A DNA stretch of 64,000 bases, taken from NCBI RefSeq assembly GCF_019744875.1, contig NZ_JAIETU010000011.1, positions 10,723 through 74,722 on the forward strand, written 5' to 3'. This DNA comes from Hyphomicrobium sp. GTDB taxonomy: Bacteria; Pseudomonadota; Alphaproteobacteria; Rhizobiales; Hyphomicrobiaceae. A program made the translations under genes and the position numbers. This document shows, piece after piece, positions 1-8,870 of the stretch (positions within the stretch are counted from its first letter, which is position 1; each line of letters starts with the position of its first letter). The notes below the pieces were generated by a model, which worked only from the letters and a program-made list of their open reading frames with translations, did not search any database and was not told the origin of the DNA.

Positions 1-176
1 CGCACGGCGAGGCGCACGTCGTCGGACGCGTCCGGGTAGACGCGTGCGAGCATCGCAGTCATGCGCTGGCCGTAGAAGAGCTCGGCGGGCACGCTGGCGC
101 CGCCGTCCGAGATCAGGTTCGGATCGCGGGCGTTCGCTTCGTCGATCAAGGCATAGGCGGTTTCGAGGTTGGTCAC
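1..176 (-). CDS. DUF4202 family protein, 3' end cut by window edge
   Basis: Minus-strand translation from GTG at 176 reads VTNLETAYALIDEANARDPNLISDGGASVPAELFYGQRMTAMLARVYPDASDDVRLAV. This matches my recollection of the DUF4202 N-terminal pattern. GGAG lies 6 nt upstream. Confidence 0.55.
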   Translation of the reverse strand, partial: MTNLETAYALIDEANARDPNLISDGGASVPAELFYGQRMTAMLARVYPDASDDVRLAV

Positions 177-211
177 GCGCGGCTCCGCTGCGATGGCCCG
201 TGTAGCGCGCG

Positions 212-565
212 CTACAGCGGTCCGTGGAAAATGAAGTAGGCGCCGCCAATGATCAACCCGAAGCCCAGGACGTGATTGATCGTCAGCGGCTCCTTCAGGA
301 AAAAGACCGAGAATCCGGCGAACACCACGAGGGTGATGACCTCCTGGATCGTCTTGAGCTGGGCGGTTGAGTAGTACTCATGGCCGATCCGATTGGCCGG
401 GACGGCGAGGCAGTATTCGAAGAAGGCGATGCCCCAGCTCACGAGTACGACGATCCACAGGGCGGTCGTTTTGTACTTCAGATGCCCGTACCAGGCGAAT
501 GTCATGAAGATGTTCGAGACGAGAAGCAGCAGCACCGGCGTAAGTGCATTCGACAGTCCTGGCAT
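212..565 (-). CDS. DMT-superfamily small membrane protein (DUF486-like), 117 aa
   Basis: Only the C-terminal third of track ORF 212..1288 looks like a protein (MPGLSNALTPVLLLLVSNIF...GGAYFIFHGPL). It has four hydrophobic helices and an ATG at 565. Confidence 0.6.
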   Translation of the reverse strand: MPGLSNALTPVLLLLVSNIFMTFAWYGHLKYKTTALWIVVLVSWGIAFFEYCLAVPANRIGHEYYSTAQLKTIQEVITLVVFAGFSVFFLKEPLTINHVLGFGLIIGGAYFIFHGPL

Positions 566-742
566 CGATCCCCGTGCCTCCGCGATAGGGTTTGAGACAG
601 TGCAGCCCGGGCAGGGCTTCGCGCTTTTCATTAAGGCAAGCTGCCGTTCCTGTCTCGACAGTCCACGGCAATTGGCTATTACTGTGCGCGGCCTGGCCTG
701 CCGCCGAGACGCGGGGGGCGGTTCGACGGCCGATCGGGGCGA

Positions 743-1291
743 ATGGATATGTCGCGTCACCAGCTCGATGCATTGATGGCCGGCGTCGCCCGAGGCGACG
801 AGGCGGCCTTTGCCGAGCTGTATCAGGCAACTTCCGCGAAACTCTACGGTGTCGCCCTGCGTATCCTTCGCAGCAAGGAGGCTGCGGAGGACGTGGTTCA
901 GGATAGCTTTTTCAAAGTCTGGGAGCGGGCAGGGGATTTCGATCCCAAGTTGGCCGGACCTGTGACGTGGATGGTCGCCATCGTCCGGAACCGGGCGCTC
1001 GACGAGCTTCGGCGCCGCGCCGCGCGGCCGTCGTCGGATGTGTCCGAGCTTGACGACCTGCCGGGCGACGACGAGCATCCGATCGAGGCGATCGGCCGGC
1101 GCGAGGATTTCGACCGGCTTCTCAAGTGTCTGGAAGGCCTGGAGCCCGACAAGCGCCAGATGGTGCGGCTCGCCTATCTGGACGGCCTGAGCCGGGAGGC
1201 GCTCGCGCAGCGGTTCGACCGGCCCGAGGGTACGATCAAGACGTGGCTGCATCGCAGCCTGGCGATGTTGAAGGGATGCCTCGAGCAATGA
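743..1291 (+). CDS. ECF (sigma-70 family) RNA polymerase sigma factor
   Basis: Region 2 motif DVVQDSFFKVWE and region 4 motif LAYLDGLSREALAQRFDRPEGTIKTWLHRS. Its stop overlaps the next gene's start (ATGA). Confidence 0.9.
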   Translation: MDMSRHQLDALMAGVARGDEAAFAELYQATSAKLYGVALRILRSKEAAEDVVQDSFFKVWERAGDFDPKLAGPVTWMVAIVRNRALDELRRRAARPSSDVSELDDLPGDDEHPIEAIGRREDFDRLLKCLEGLEPDKRQMVRLAYLDGLSREALAQRFDRPEGTIKTWLHRSLAMLKGCLEQ

Positions 1292-2004
1292 GCGAGCTCG
1301 ACAACATCGATGGACTGGCGGCCGAGTATGTTCTCGGAACGCTGACGCGCGCCGAGCGTGCGGAGGCGGAGACGCGCCGGGCGCAAGACGCGGCGCTCGA
1401 CACGGCGATCCTGGCCTGGGAGCGGCGGCTTGCGCCGCTTGCCGATGTCGTGGCGCCCGTGACGCCGCCGGCCGGGCTCTACAACAAAATACGCGCCCAG
1501 ATCGGGCTCGCTTCGCATGTCGTATCGCTCAAGGCGCGCGAGCAGGCGATCACGCGGCGGGCCAGCCGGTGGCGCGCGGCAACGGCGGGCATGACGGCGC
1601 TGGCGGCATCGCTCGCGGGCGTTGTCGTCTGGCAGGATCATCAGCAGCGTCTGATGCCGACGCAGTATGTGGCGGTGCTGCAGGCGGGCGAGTCCCTGCC
1701 GGGCTTCCTGCTGACGGTCGATACCAAAACCAACATGTTCGTCATCTCGGCGATGCAGAAGCCGACGGAGCCGGAGAAGTCGTACCAGCTCTGGCTGGTA
1801 CACGATGGCATGCCGCAACCGAAATCGCTCGGCGTGTTCGACGACAGCGAGATGGATGTGCGGCCGATGCCCGGCGGCAAGGACCACGACATGTACATGG
1901 ACGCCACCTATGCGGTGAGCGTGGAGCCCAAGGGCGGTTCTCCCACGGGCGCACCGACGGGGCCGGTCGTGTTTTCCGGAAAGCTCGTCAAGGCGACGCC
2001 CTGA
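1288..2004 (+). CDS. Anti-sigma factor, RskA-like (one TM segment, periplasmic C-terminal domain)
   Basis: N-terminus LAAEYVLGTLTRAERAEAE, a central TM segment (AATAGMTALAASLAGVVVW), and C-terminal YQLWLV...PKSLGVF...AVSVEPKGGS typical of anti-sigma-K type. Translationally coupled to the sigma gene. Confidence 0.8.
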   Translation: MSELDNIDGLAAEYVLGTLTRAERAEAETRRAQDAALDTAILAWERRLAPLADVVAPVTPPAGLYNKIRAQIGLASHVVSLKAREQAITRRASRWRAATAGMTALAASLAGVVVWQDHQQRLMPTQYVAVLQAGESLPGFLLTVDTKTNMFVISAMQKPTEPEKSYQLWLVHDGMPQPKSLGVFDDSEMDVRPMPGGKDHDMYMDATYAVSVEPKGGSPTGAPTGPVVFSGKLVKATP

Positions 2005-2077
2005 GTTTGGCCGCATTGATTTGCGCGGCCTGAATCCAAACGGCTTTTCCGGATTACGATTTTAAATCTCGCTGATT

Positions 2078-2105
2078 TGAAACCGCCGCGATCGACGCGC
2101 GTAAT
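2078..2105 (+). promoter_or_regulatory. Candidate ECF-type promoter (TGAAACC-N15-CGTAAT)
   Basis: AAC at 2081-2083 and CGT at 2100-2102 are separated by 16 nt, about 92 nt upstream of the precursor ATG. Motif match only. Confidence 0.35.
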
Positions 2106-2196
2106 AACGGACATGCTTCTGCTGTCCGCAGCCCCCCGGGGACGGGAAGCGCCATGACTTTCAAAAGTCAGGGAGGTTTCATGAAAGGAAACGCCT

Positions 2197-2463
2197 ATGA
2201 AGATTTCAGTCTCGTCGGGTTCCGCACTGGCTGCCGCTGCTGCTGCGCTTCTCCTCTCCGGCGCCGTCGTGGCCCCGAGCTTCGCTGCTGAAGACGCCAA
2301 GGGCCACTGCGTTGGCGGTAACGCCTGCAAGGGCACGAGCGCCTGCAAGACCGCGACCAACGCTTGCAAGGGTCAGAACGCCTGCAAGGGTCAAGGCATG
2401 AGCGAAACCTCGAAGGACGATTGCGCGAAGATCGACGGCGCGAAGTTCGAGCCCGCGAAGTAA
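2197..2463 (+). CDS. bufA: Secreted six-Cys repeat peptide, bufferin-type (BufA2-like) RiPP precursor
   Basis: Sec signal peptide (…VVAPSFA/AEDAKG). The core GHCVGGNACKGTSACKTATNACKGQNACKGQG…DDCAKIDGAKFEPAK has six Cys. It sits directly upstream of DUF692 and DUF2063 genes. Confidence 0.8.
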   Translation: MKISVSSGSALAAAAAALLLSGAVVAPSFAAEDAKGHCVGGNACKGTSACKTATNACKGQNACKGQGMSETSKDDCAKIDGAKFEPAK

Positions 2464-2477
2464 TCGCCAGAAACGGT

Positions 2478-2502
2478 GTCCGGCGGCGCGTTGCCGCCGG
2501 AC
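2478..2502 (+). terminator. Perfect 10-bp GC hairpin between precursor and MNIO gene (attenuator or partial terminator)
   Basis: GTCCGGCGGC-GCGTT-GCCGCCGGAC followed by TTCATTTG, 15 nt after the precursor stop codon. Confidence 0.55.
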
Positions 2503-2578
2503 TTCATTTGCCGGCTGTTACGTGACAGCTTGTTCGGGGCCGCCTGTTCGAAGATACGTGTTCGAAGGATGTGATGCG

Positions 2579-3460
2579 ATGCATGCCGAGACGCAGGGCC
2601 GCGAGAAAAGCACCGCCATACGCCGTGACAAGCCGCCGTATCTCGGCTTTGGGCTCGGTCTCCGGCCGCAGCATTATCAGGACATTTTCGATACGGCGCC
2701 GAACATCGACTGGTTCGAGGTGGTGTCGGAAAACTACATGGTGGCGGGCGGCAAGCCGCTGCAGATGCTCGACCGGATCCGCGCCGATTACCCCATCGTC
2801 ATGCACGGCGTGTCGCTGTCGATCGCATCGACCGCACCGGTGAATATGGACTATCTGCGGGATCTCAAGGCCCTCGCCCGGCGCAGCGAGCCGGTGTTCA
2901 TTTCCGATCACCTGTGCTGGACCGGTGTGCATGGCGTCAACCTGCACGATCTCCTGCCGGTGCCGTATACGCGCGAGGCGCTCGATCATGTCGTGGCGCG
3001 CGTGCAGCATGTGCAGGACTATCTGGGCCAGGCCATCGCGCTCGAAAACGTTTCGAGCTATGTGCAGTTCTCGCATTCGGAAATGAGCGAATGGGAGTTC
3101 ATCGCGGAGTTGACGAAGCGCACGGGCTGCTGGCTGGTGTTCGATGTCAACAACGTGTTCGTCTCTGCGTTCAATCACGAGTTCGACGCGCACAAGTTCA
3201 TTGCGGGTATCCCCAAGGATCGCATTGTTCAGTTCCATCTCGCGGGGCATGAACACAACATGAGCCACATCGTCGACACGCACGACGCGCTGGTGTGCGA
3301 CGAGGTGTGGGATCTCTACCGTTCGGCCGTGCGTCAGTTCGGGCAGGTATCGGCGATTATCGAGCGGGACGATCACATTCCGCCGCTCGCGGAGCTGGTG
3401 GCCGAACTCGACATCGCGCGCCGGGTCGCCGCCGAGACGCTCCGCGACGCCGCAGAGTAA
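2579..3460 (+). CDS. bufB: DUF692 / MNIO family (multinuclear non-heme iron oxidative) enzyme, BufB-like
   Basis: LGFGLGLRPQHY…IDWFEVVSENYM…ISDHLCW…ALENVSSY…HLAGH are hallmark DUF692 (UPF0276) motifs. ATG at 2579 is preferred over GTG at 2522. Confidence 0.9.
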   Translation: MHAETQGREKSTAIRRDKPPYLGFGLGLRPQHYQDIFDTAPNIDWFEVVSENYMVAGGKPLQMLDRIRADYPIVMHGVSLSIASTAPVNMDYLRDLKALARRSEPVFISDHLCWTGVHGVNLHDLLPVPYTREALDHVVARVQHVQDYLGQAIALENVSSYVQFSHSEMSEWEFIAELTKRTGCWLVFDVNNVFVSAFNHEFDAHKFIAGIPKDRIVQFHLAGHEHNMSHIVDTHDALVCDEVWDLYRSAVRQFGQVSAIIERDDHIPPLAELVAELDIARRVAAETLRDAAE

Positions 3461-3470
3461 TGGTGCCGTC

Positions 3471-4280
3471 ATGACAGGGCGCGCGCCCACGCTTGCAGAC
3501 GTGCAGAGCTTGTTTCAGGCGGCTGTCGTCGATGGGTCGGACGATGTGCTGGGGCTGATCCCCGGCAATTCCCGCACCAGCAGCGATGTGTTGTTCGGCG
3601 TTTACCGCCATGCCTACGTGGCGCGTCTGGTCGAGGTGGTGCAGAACGCGTATCCGATACTGGCTGCGCATATGGGAGACGCGCGTTTCAAGGACATGGC
3701 GCGCGCGTATGTGGCGCTTTATCCGTCTCGCCACACGAATGCGCGCTGGTATGCGTCGGACGTGCCGGACCTGCTCGGACGGCCCGAGTATGCAGAGACG
3801 CCGGAGCTGCGCGAGATTGCGTTGATCGAACGGCAGCTCGATCTTGCGTTCGATGCAGCCGACGGCGCGGTGCTTGACCTTGCGGCGCTGGGCCGCCATC
3901 AGCCGGAAACGTGGGGTTCACTTGTGTTTCGCCCGCACCCTTCTGCGGCGGTGCTCAGGCTTTCCACCAATGCTTATGAGATCTGGGCGGCGCTCAAGAA
4001 CGACGCCGTCGCGCCAGACCCGGCGCGGCTTGCGGATCCGCATGCGGTTCTGATCTGGCGGCGCGAGGGCGTGGCCACGTCGCGTGTGCTCGGGGCCGAG
4101 GAAGCGATGCTGTGGATCGAAGCTTCGCGCGGAAAGCCTTTTGGTGGGCTCGCGGAGATGGCGGCGGTATTCGCCGATGCGGACATGGCGGCGCTACGCG
4201 TGGCGCAGTACCTTCAGGGCTGGCTCGTGTCGGGATTAATCAGTGAGGCCGACGTCCACGAGCTGACGGCGACGTCTTAG
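3471..4280 (+). CDS. bufC: DUF2063 domain protein, MNIO partner (BufC-like)
   Basis: N-terminus LQSLFQAAVVDG…VYRHAYVARLVEVVQNAYP…FKDMARAYVALYPS is typical of DUF2063. It follows the DUF692 gene after 10 nt. Confidence 0.85.
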   Translation: MTGRAPTLADVQSLFQAAVVDGSDDVLGLIPGNSRTSSDVLFGVYRHAYVARLVEVVQNAYPILAAHMGDARFKDMARAYVALYPSRHTNARWYASDVPDLLGRPEYAETPELREIALIERQLDLAFDAADGAVLDLAALGRHQPETWGSLVFRPHPSAAVLRLSTNAYEIWAALKNDAVAPDPARLADPHAVLIWRREGVATSRVLGAEEAMLWIEASRGKPFGGLAEMAAVFADADMAALRVAQYLQGWLVSGLISEADVHELTATS

Positions 4281-4323
4281 AAGGCAGCGGCCTCTCCCCA
4301 TTCAGAGAAGAGGCCGCCAACAA

Positions 4324-5064
<741 letters not shown>

Positions 5065-5144
5065 CTGCGGTCTCCGTAGTAGGCTTCTCGACAGTCGCCC
5101 GTATCTCGAGGCGGGGTCAGGCGATATATAGCGACCCGTCACTG

Positions 5145-5171
5145 CAACGCCAATCGCGGCGACATGGTTCA
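5145..5171 (-). promoter_or_regulatory. Candidate ECF-type promoter upstream of the SOD gene (TGAACC-N16-CGTTG)
   Basis: Minus strand reads TGAACCATGTCGCCGCGATTGGCGTTG. AAC to CGT spacing is 17 nt. It shares GCCGCGAT with the spacer of the 2078-2105 motif. Confidence 0.3.
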
Positions 5172-5199
5172 TCACTGGGTACAAGGCGAGCACGGATCA

Positions 5200-5934
5200 A
5201 TGGGGCTTCGGCTCGACAAGGCGCTGCTGGCGCGAGGTTTGGCGCCGACCCGCTCGCGGGCGCGGGACCTCATCCTGCGCGGCGCAGTGCGTGTAAACGG
5301 CGCGATCTCCTCCAAGGCGGGAACGGTCGTGGCCGACGGGGCGGAGATCGCGCTGACGGAGACGTTCGACTATGTGTCGCGCGGGGCGCTCAAGCTGATC
5401 GCGGCCCTCGATGCCTTCGGCTTTTCGGCCGAGGGGCGCGTGGCGCTCGATGCAGGTGCGTCTACGGGCGGTTTCACGGAGGTGCTGCTGGAGCGTGGGG
5501 CGGCGCATGTGTTCGCTGTCGATGTGGGGCGGGGCCAGCTCCATCCGCGCATCGCCGCCGACGCCCGTGTCACGTCGCTCGAAGGAATGGATGCGCGGGC
5601 GCTGACGGAGCAGGAGATCACGCGACGTGTCTCGGCAATCGTGGCCGACGTGAGTTTCATCTCGCTCGAAAAAGTGCTGCCGGGCGTGCTGCCCTTCGCG
5701 GAGCCGGGGACGTGGCTTGCGGCGCTCGTCAAGCCGCAGTTCGAGGCGGGCCGAGAGGCGATCGGCAAGGGCGGCATCGTGCGCGATGCGGCCGTGCGCG
5801 ATGCGCAGGCCACGAAGATGTCCGATTGGATGGCCGCGCAGCCGGGATGGCGCGCGGTGGGGGTGATCCCGTCGCCGATCGAAGGCGGGTCGGGCAATCA
5901 GGAGTTTCTACTTGGAGCCGTTTTCGATGGCTGA
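5200..5934 (+). CDS. tlyA: TlyA family rRNA 2'-O-methyltransferase (hemolysin A-like)
   Basis: S4 domain (RLDKALLARGLAPTRSRARDLI) plus FtsJ-type methyltransferase motif (LDAGASTGGFTEVLLERGA). Confidence 0.85.
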   Translation: MGLRLDKALLARGLAPTRSRARDLILRGAVRVNGAISSKAGTVVADGAEIALTETFDYVSRGALKLIAALDAFGFSAEGRVALDAGASTGGFTEVLLERGAAHVFAVDVGRGQLHPRIAADARVTSLEGMDARALTEQEITRRVSAIVADVSFISLEKVLPGVLPFAEPGTWLAALVKPQFEAGREAIGKGGIVRDAAVRDAQATKMSDWMAAQPGWRAVGVIPSPIEGGSGNQEFLLGAVFDG

Positions 5935-7153
5935 TGCCGTCAAGCTGACCATCGAGCGCGTCGGCGCAAAGGGACACGGCATCGCCATGCGCGATGGCGA
6001 ACCGGTCTATGTGCCGTTCGCGCTGCCGGGCGAAGCCTGGGCGCAGAACGCCGGGGCGTGGAGCCTGGCGTCAGATGCGAACCCCGAACGTGTTTCGCCC
6101 GTCTGCCGTCATTTCATGCAGTGCGGCGGGTGCCTCACGCAGCATATGTCGCCCGCGGCCAACCGTGCCTGGAAGCGCGACCTCGTCGTCGATGCATTCC
6201 GCCATCGCGGTCTCGATGCGGAGGTCATGCCGGCGGTGGTGGTCGGCGCGGCGTCGCGGCGGCGGGCGTTTCTGGGTGTCGAGCGGCGTGGACGCGAGGT
6301 GATCATCGGCTTCCGCGAGGAGGGGCAGCACACGCTCGTCGATCTTTCCGAGTGTCCGGTGCTCGACCCCGCTATCGTGGCCGCCGTGCCGGGGCTGCGC
6401 GAGATCGCCAAGCGCGTGATGGTGGACCGGGAGGGCGGGCGTCTCGTCGTGACGCGGCTCGATCATGGTCTCGATGTATCGTTCGACAACGGGCGCAAGG
6501 ATCTCTCGGCGCACGAGCGCTCGACTGTTGGGGCGCTCGCCGAAACCATGCGGCTGCTGCGGCTCTCCGTTGGCGGCGAGGTGATCGTCGCGCGCGGGCC
6601 GCCGGTCGTGACGATTGCGGGCGTGGCGGTGACAGTCGAACCGGGGCTGTTCCTGCAGGCCGTGCCCGAAGCGGAGACGCTGCTTGCGGATCTCTGCGTC
6701 GCGGCGCTGCCGAAGCGGCTCAAGACGGCCGCGGATCTCTTCTCAGGCGTGGGGACACTGACGCTGCCTCTCGCGCGGCGTGCGGCCGTGACGGCCTACG
6801 ACAGCGACAAGCGGGCAATCTCATCCCTCGCGAACGCGGTGCGCCATGCGCAGGGACTGAGGCCCGTGGCGGCTATCGTGCGCGATCTCTATCGCGATCC
6901 GCTTTCGGTGCGGGAGCTCAATGCGTTCGATGCCGTGGTGTTCGATCCGCCGCGCGCGGGCGCGGCCGAGCAGGCGGAGCGGCTGGCGAAATCGAAGGTA
7001 CCCGTGGTAATGGCCGTGTCGTGCAATCCCGCGACGCTGGCGCGGGACGCGCGCACGCTGATCGACGGGGGCTATCGGATGGGACCGGTCACGCCGATCG
7101 ACCAGTTCCTGTACTCCGCGCACGTCGAGGCATTCGCCGTGTTCCGGCGTTGA
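5927..7153 (+). CDS. Class I SAM-dependent RNA (uracil-5) methyltransferase, TrmA/RlmD family
   Basis: N-terminal TRAM-like region, Cys cluster CRHFMQCGGC, and C-terminal DLFSGVGTLTLPLA…FDPPRAGA…VSCNPATLARD. Its start overlaps the tlyA stop. Confidence 0.8.
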   Translation: MADAVKLTIERVGAKGHGIAMRDGEPVYVPFALPGEAWAQNAGAWSLASDANPERVSPVCRHFMQCGGCLTQHMSPAANRAWKRDLVVDAFRHRGLDAEVMPAVVVGAASRRRAFLGVERRGREVIIGFREEGQHTLVDLSECPVLDPAIVAAVPGLREIAKRVMVDREGGRLVVTRLDHGLDVSFDNGRKDLSAHERSTVGALAETMRLLRLSVGGEVIVARGPPVVTIAGVAVTVEPGLFLQAVPEAETLLADLCVAALPKRLKTAADLFSGVGTLTLPLARRAAVTAYDSDKRAISSLANAVRHAQGLRPVAAIVRDLYRDPLSVRELNAFDAVVFDPPRAGAAEQAERLAKSKVPVVMAVSCNPATLARDARTLIDGGYRMGPVTPIDQFLYSAHVEAFAVFRR

Positions 7154-7192
7154 TGCGGTCAGCCCGGAAGCCGGGTCGAGCCGAGAGAATCG

Positions 7193-7360
7193 TTACGCCG
7201 AAGCCTTGGCCTTAGCGGCGCGGGCCTTGCCGGCCTGCTTCTTGGCGCGGGTGCGGGCGGCGCCCGTGTTGCCCAGCGAGCGCGTGACCTTCGGGCGCGG
7301 AATGGCGCGGCGGGCCTTCTTCTTCTGGGTCTCAACCTTGCGGTGATGGCGGGCGGTCAT
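7193..7360 (-). CDS. Small highly basic protein, 55 aa (below the ORF-track cutoff)
   Basis: MTARHHRKVETQKKKARRAIPRPKVTRSLGNTGAARTRAKKQAGKARAAKAKASA. High GC3, with AAAGGGA upstream of the ATG. Confidence 0.4.
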   Translation of the reverse strand: MTARHHRKVETQKKKARRAIPRPKVTRSLGNTGAARTRAKKQAGKARAAKAKASA

Positions 7361-7521
7361 GAGCGAAAATCCCTTTAAAAGCCGGGCGCTTCGCCCGTAT
7401 CTCGATCTCAGACGCCTCGTCTAAGCGATCTTGCTGCGGGAGGCAAGTCGAACAGGGGTCGCGCCCCCGGGGGAACCGCCAATTTCGGCCAGTCCCGGCG
7501 TTTTCCAGGGCCGCCCCTCTC

Positions 7522-7540
7522 CTGTCCCTGGCCCTGTCAC
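7522..7540 (+). promoter_or_regulatory. Pho-box-like direct repeat (CTGTCCC-N5-CTGTCAC) upstream of btaA
   Basis: Two CTGTC repeats with a 12-nt period, about 60 nt upstream of the btaA ATG. The canonical period is 11 nt. Confidence 0.3.
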
Positions 7541-7600
7541 AGGGATGAAACATGACGGTTCTAGTCCAGCCGCATGACTTAGCTTATCGCGGGGACTGCA

Positions 7601-8866
7601 ATGGGCGGACTGGCCGAGGCGCAGGTACAAGGTGAAGGTGCTGTCGAGGATGGGCGGCGCAATCGCCGGCTCGCTGAGGCCGTGCACCGCTACGGGGCGG
7701 TGAGCCGCAAGGGGCTCGAGGAGCGGTTCTTCACGCTCGCCTTTTCCGGGCTCGTCTATCCCCAGATCTGGGAAGACCCGGTTGTCGACCTCGAAGCGAT
7801 GGCGCTCAAGCCTGGCCAGCGGGTCGCGGCGATCGCGTCCGGCGGGTGCAACGTGCTCTCGTACGTGACGGCCGTCGACGTGCGCGTCACGGCGCTGGAT
7901 CTCAATCCGGCGCATGTGGCGCTGAACAACCTCAAGGTCGCCGCCGTCCGGCACTGCCCCGACTACGAGACGTTCGCGCGCTTCTTCGCCTCCGCCAACG
8001 ACCGCGAGACCGCCGATCTCTACGACCGGCTGCTGGCGCCCAACCTCGACCGGACGACGCGCGCCTACTGGGAAGGCCGCGACATGCTCGGCCGCCGCCG
8101 GATCGGCTACTTCGGCCGTCACTTCTATCGCCAGGGCCTGCTCGGCTGGTTCATCACGATGGGCCACGGCATCTCGCGCCTGCATGGACGCAACCCGGCG
8201 CGGATGCTCGAAGCGAAGAACCGCGAAGACCAGAAGCGCATTTTCGAGGAAGAGCTCGCTCCGCTGTTCGAGATGCGCCACATGCGCTGGCTGATGGACA
8301 AGCCGGCTTCGCTGTTCGGCCTCGGCATTCCGCCGTCGCAGTTCGATGCGCTCAAGGGACAAGAGCGGCACATGGCCGACGTTCTCAAGGCGCGGCTCGG
8401 GCGGCTGGCGCACGGCTTCGATCTCGCGGACAACTATTTCGCATGGCAGGCCTTCGGTCGCGGCTATGCGGCGGGGGGCGCCGGTCCGGTGCCGCCGTAC
8501 CTGGCGCGCGAGAACTGGCAGACGCTCAAGGAGCGCGCCGACCGCGTGACGGTCGTGCATGCGTCGTTCGACGAGCACCTGTCGCACTTCCAGGGTCCGG
8601 CCTACGACGCCTATGTGCTGCTGGATGCGCAGGACTGGATGACCGACGCGCAGCTCACCGCGCTCTGGACCGAGATCGTACGCACGGCCATGCCGGGCGC
8701 GCGCGTGATCTACCGGACGGCCGGTGAAGATACGATCCTGCCGGGCCGCGTGCCGGACGCCATTCTCTCGCGCTTCCGCTACGATGCCGACTACGGACGC
8801 GGCATGGTCGACAAGGATCGCTCGTCGATCTATGGCGGCTTCCATCTCTATACGTTCGAGGGTTGA
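7601..8866 (+). CDS. btaA: BtaA-like SAM:diacylglycerol 3-amino-3-carboxypropyl transferase (DUF3419)
   Basis: LVYPQIWEDPVVD…IASGGCNVLSY…DAQDWM are DUF3419/BtaA hallmarks. A small methyltransferase gene follows. Confidence 0.8.
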   Translation: MGGLAEAQVQGEGAVEDGRRNRRLAEAVHRYGAVSRKGLEERFFTLAFSGLVYPQIWEDPVVDLEAMALKPGQRVAAIASGGCNVLSYVTAVDVRVTALDLNPAHVALNNLKVAAVRHCPDYETFARFFASANDRETADLYDRLLAPNLDRTTRAYWEGRDMLGRRRIGYFGRHFYRQGLLGWFITMGHGISRLHGRNPARMLEAKNREDQKRIFEEELAPLFEMRHMRWLMDKPASLFGLGIPPSQFDALKGQERHMADVLKARLGRLAHGFDLADNYFAWQAFGRGYAAGGAGPVPPYLARENWQTLKERADRVTVVHASFDEHLSHFQGPAYDAYVLLDAQDWMTDAQLTALWTEIVRTAMPGARVIYRTAGEDTILPGRVPDAILSRFRYDADYGRGMVDKDRSSIYGGFHLYTFEG

Positions 8867-8870
8867 GCGG

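Noticed and set aside
566-742. Autoregulatory ECF promoter upstream of the sigma gene, and an ECF motif upstream of the orphan precursor (37960-38084)
   Set aside because: No AAC-N16/17-CGT arrangement was found. The nearest candidate at 38019-38047 has a 21-nt spacer.
566-1288. N-terminal two-thirds of the 358-aa minus-strand track ORF 212..1288
   Set aside because: It is antisense to the ECF sigma gene and has an Arg/Pro/Ala-rich, low-complexity translation. Only the last 117 codons (212-565) look like a membrane protein. It is a high-GC open-frame artefact.
5121-5135. GCGATATATAGCGAC in the SOD/tlyA intergenic region resembling the 24-bp palindrome arms
   Set aside because: Only fused half-sites are present (CGATATAT/ATATAGCG overlapping). 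No partner arm occurs at the N8 spacing on either side, so it is not counted as a fifth copy.
7421-8845. 474-aa minus-strand ORF opposite btaA
   Set aside because: It is antisense to a well-supported BtaA frame and its composition is Arg/Ala/Glu/Pro noise. The same reasoning applies to 23226..24845, 40369..41985, 45138..46316, 51301..53151 and 6058..7215.
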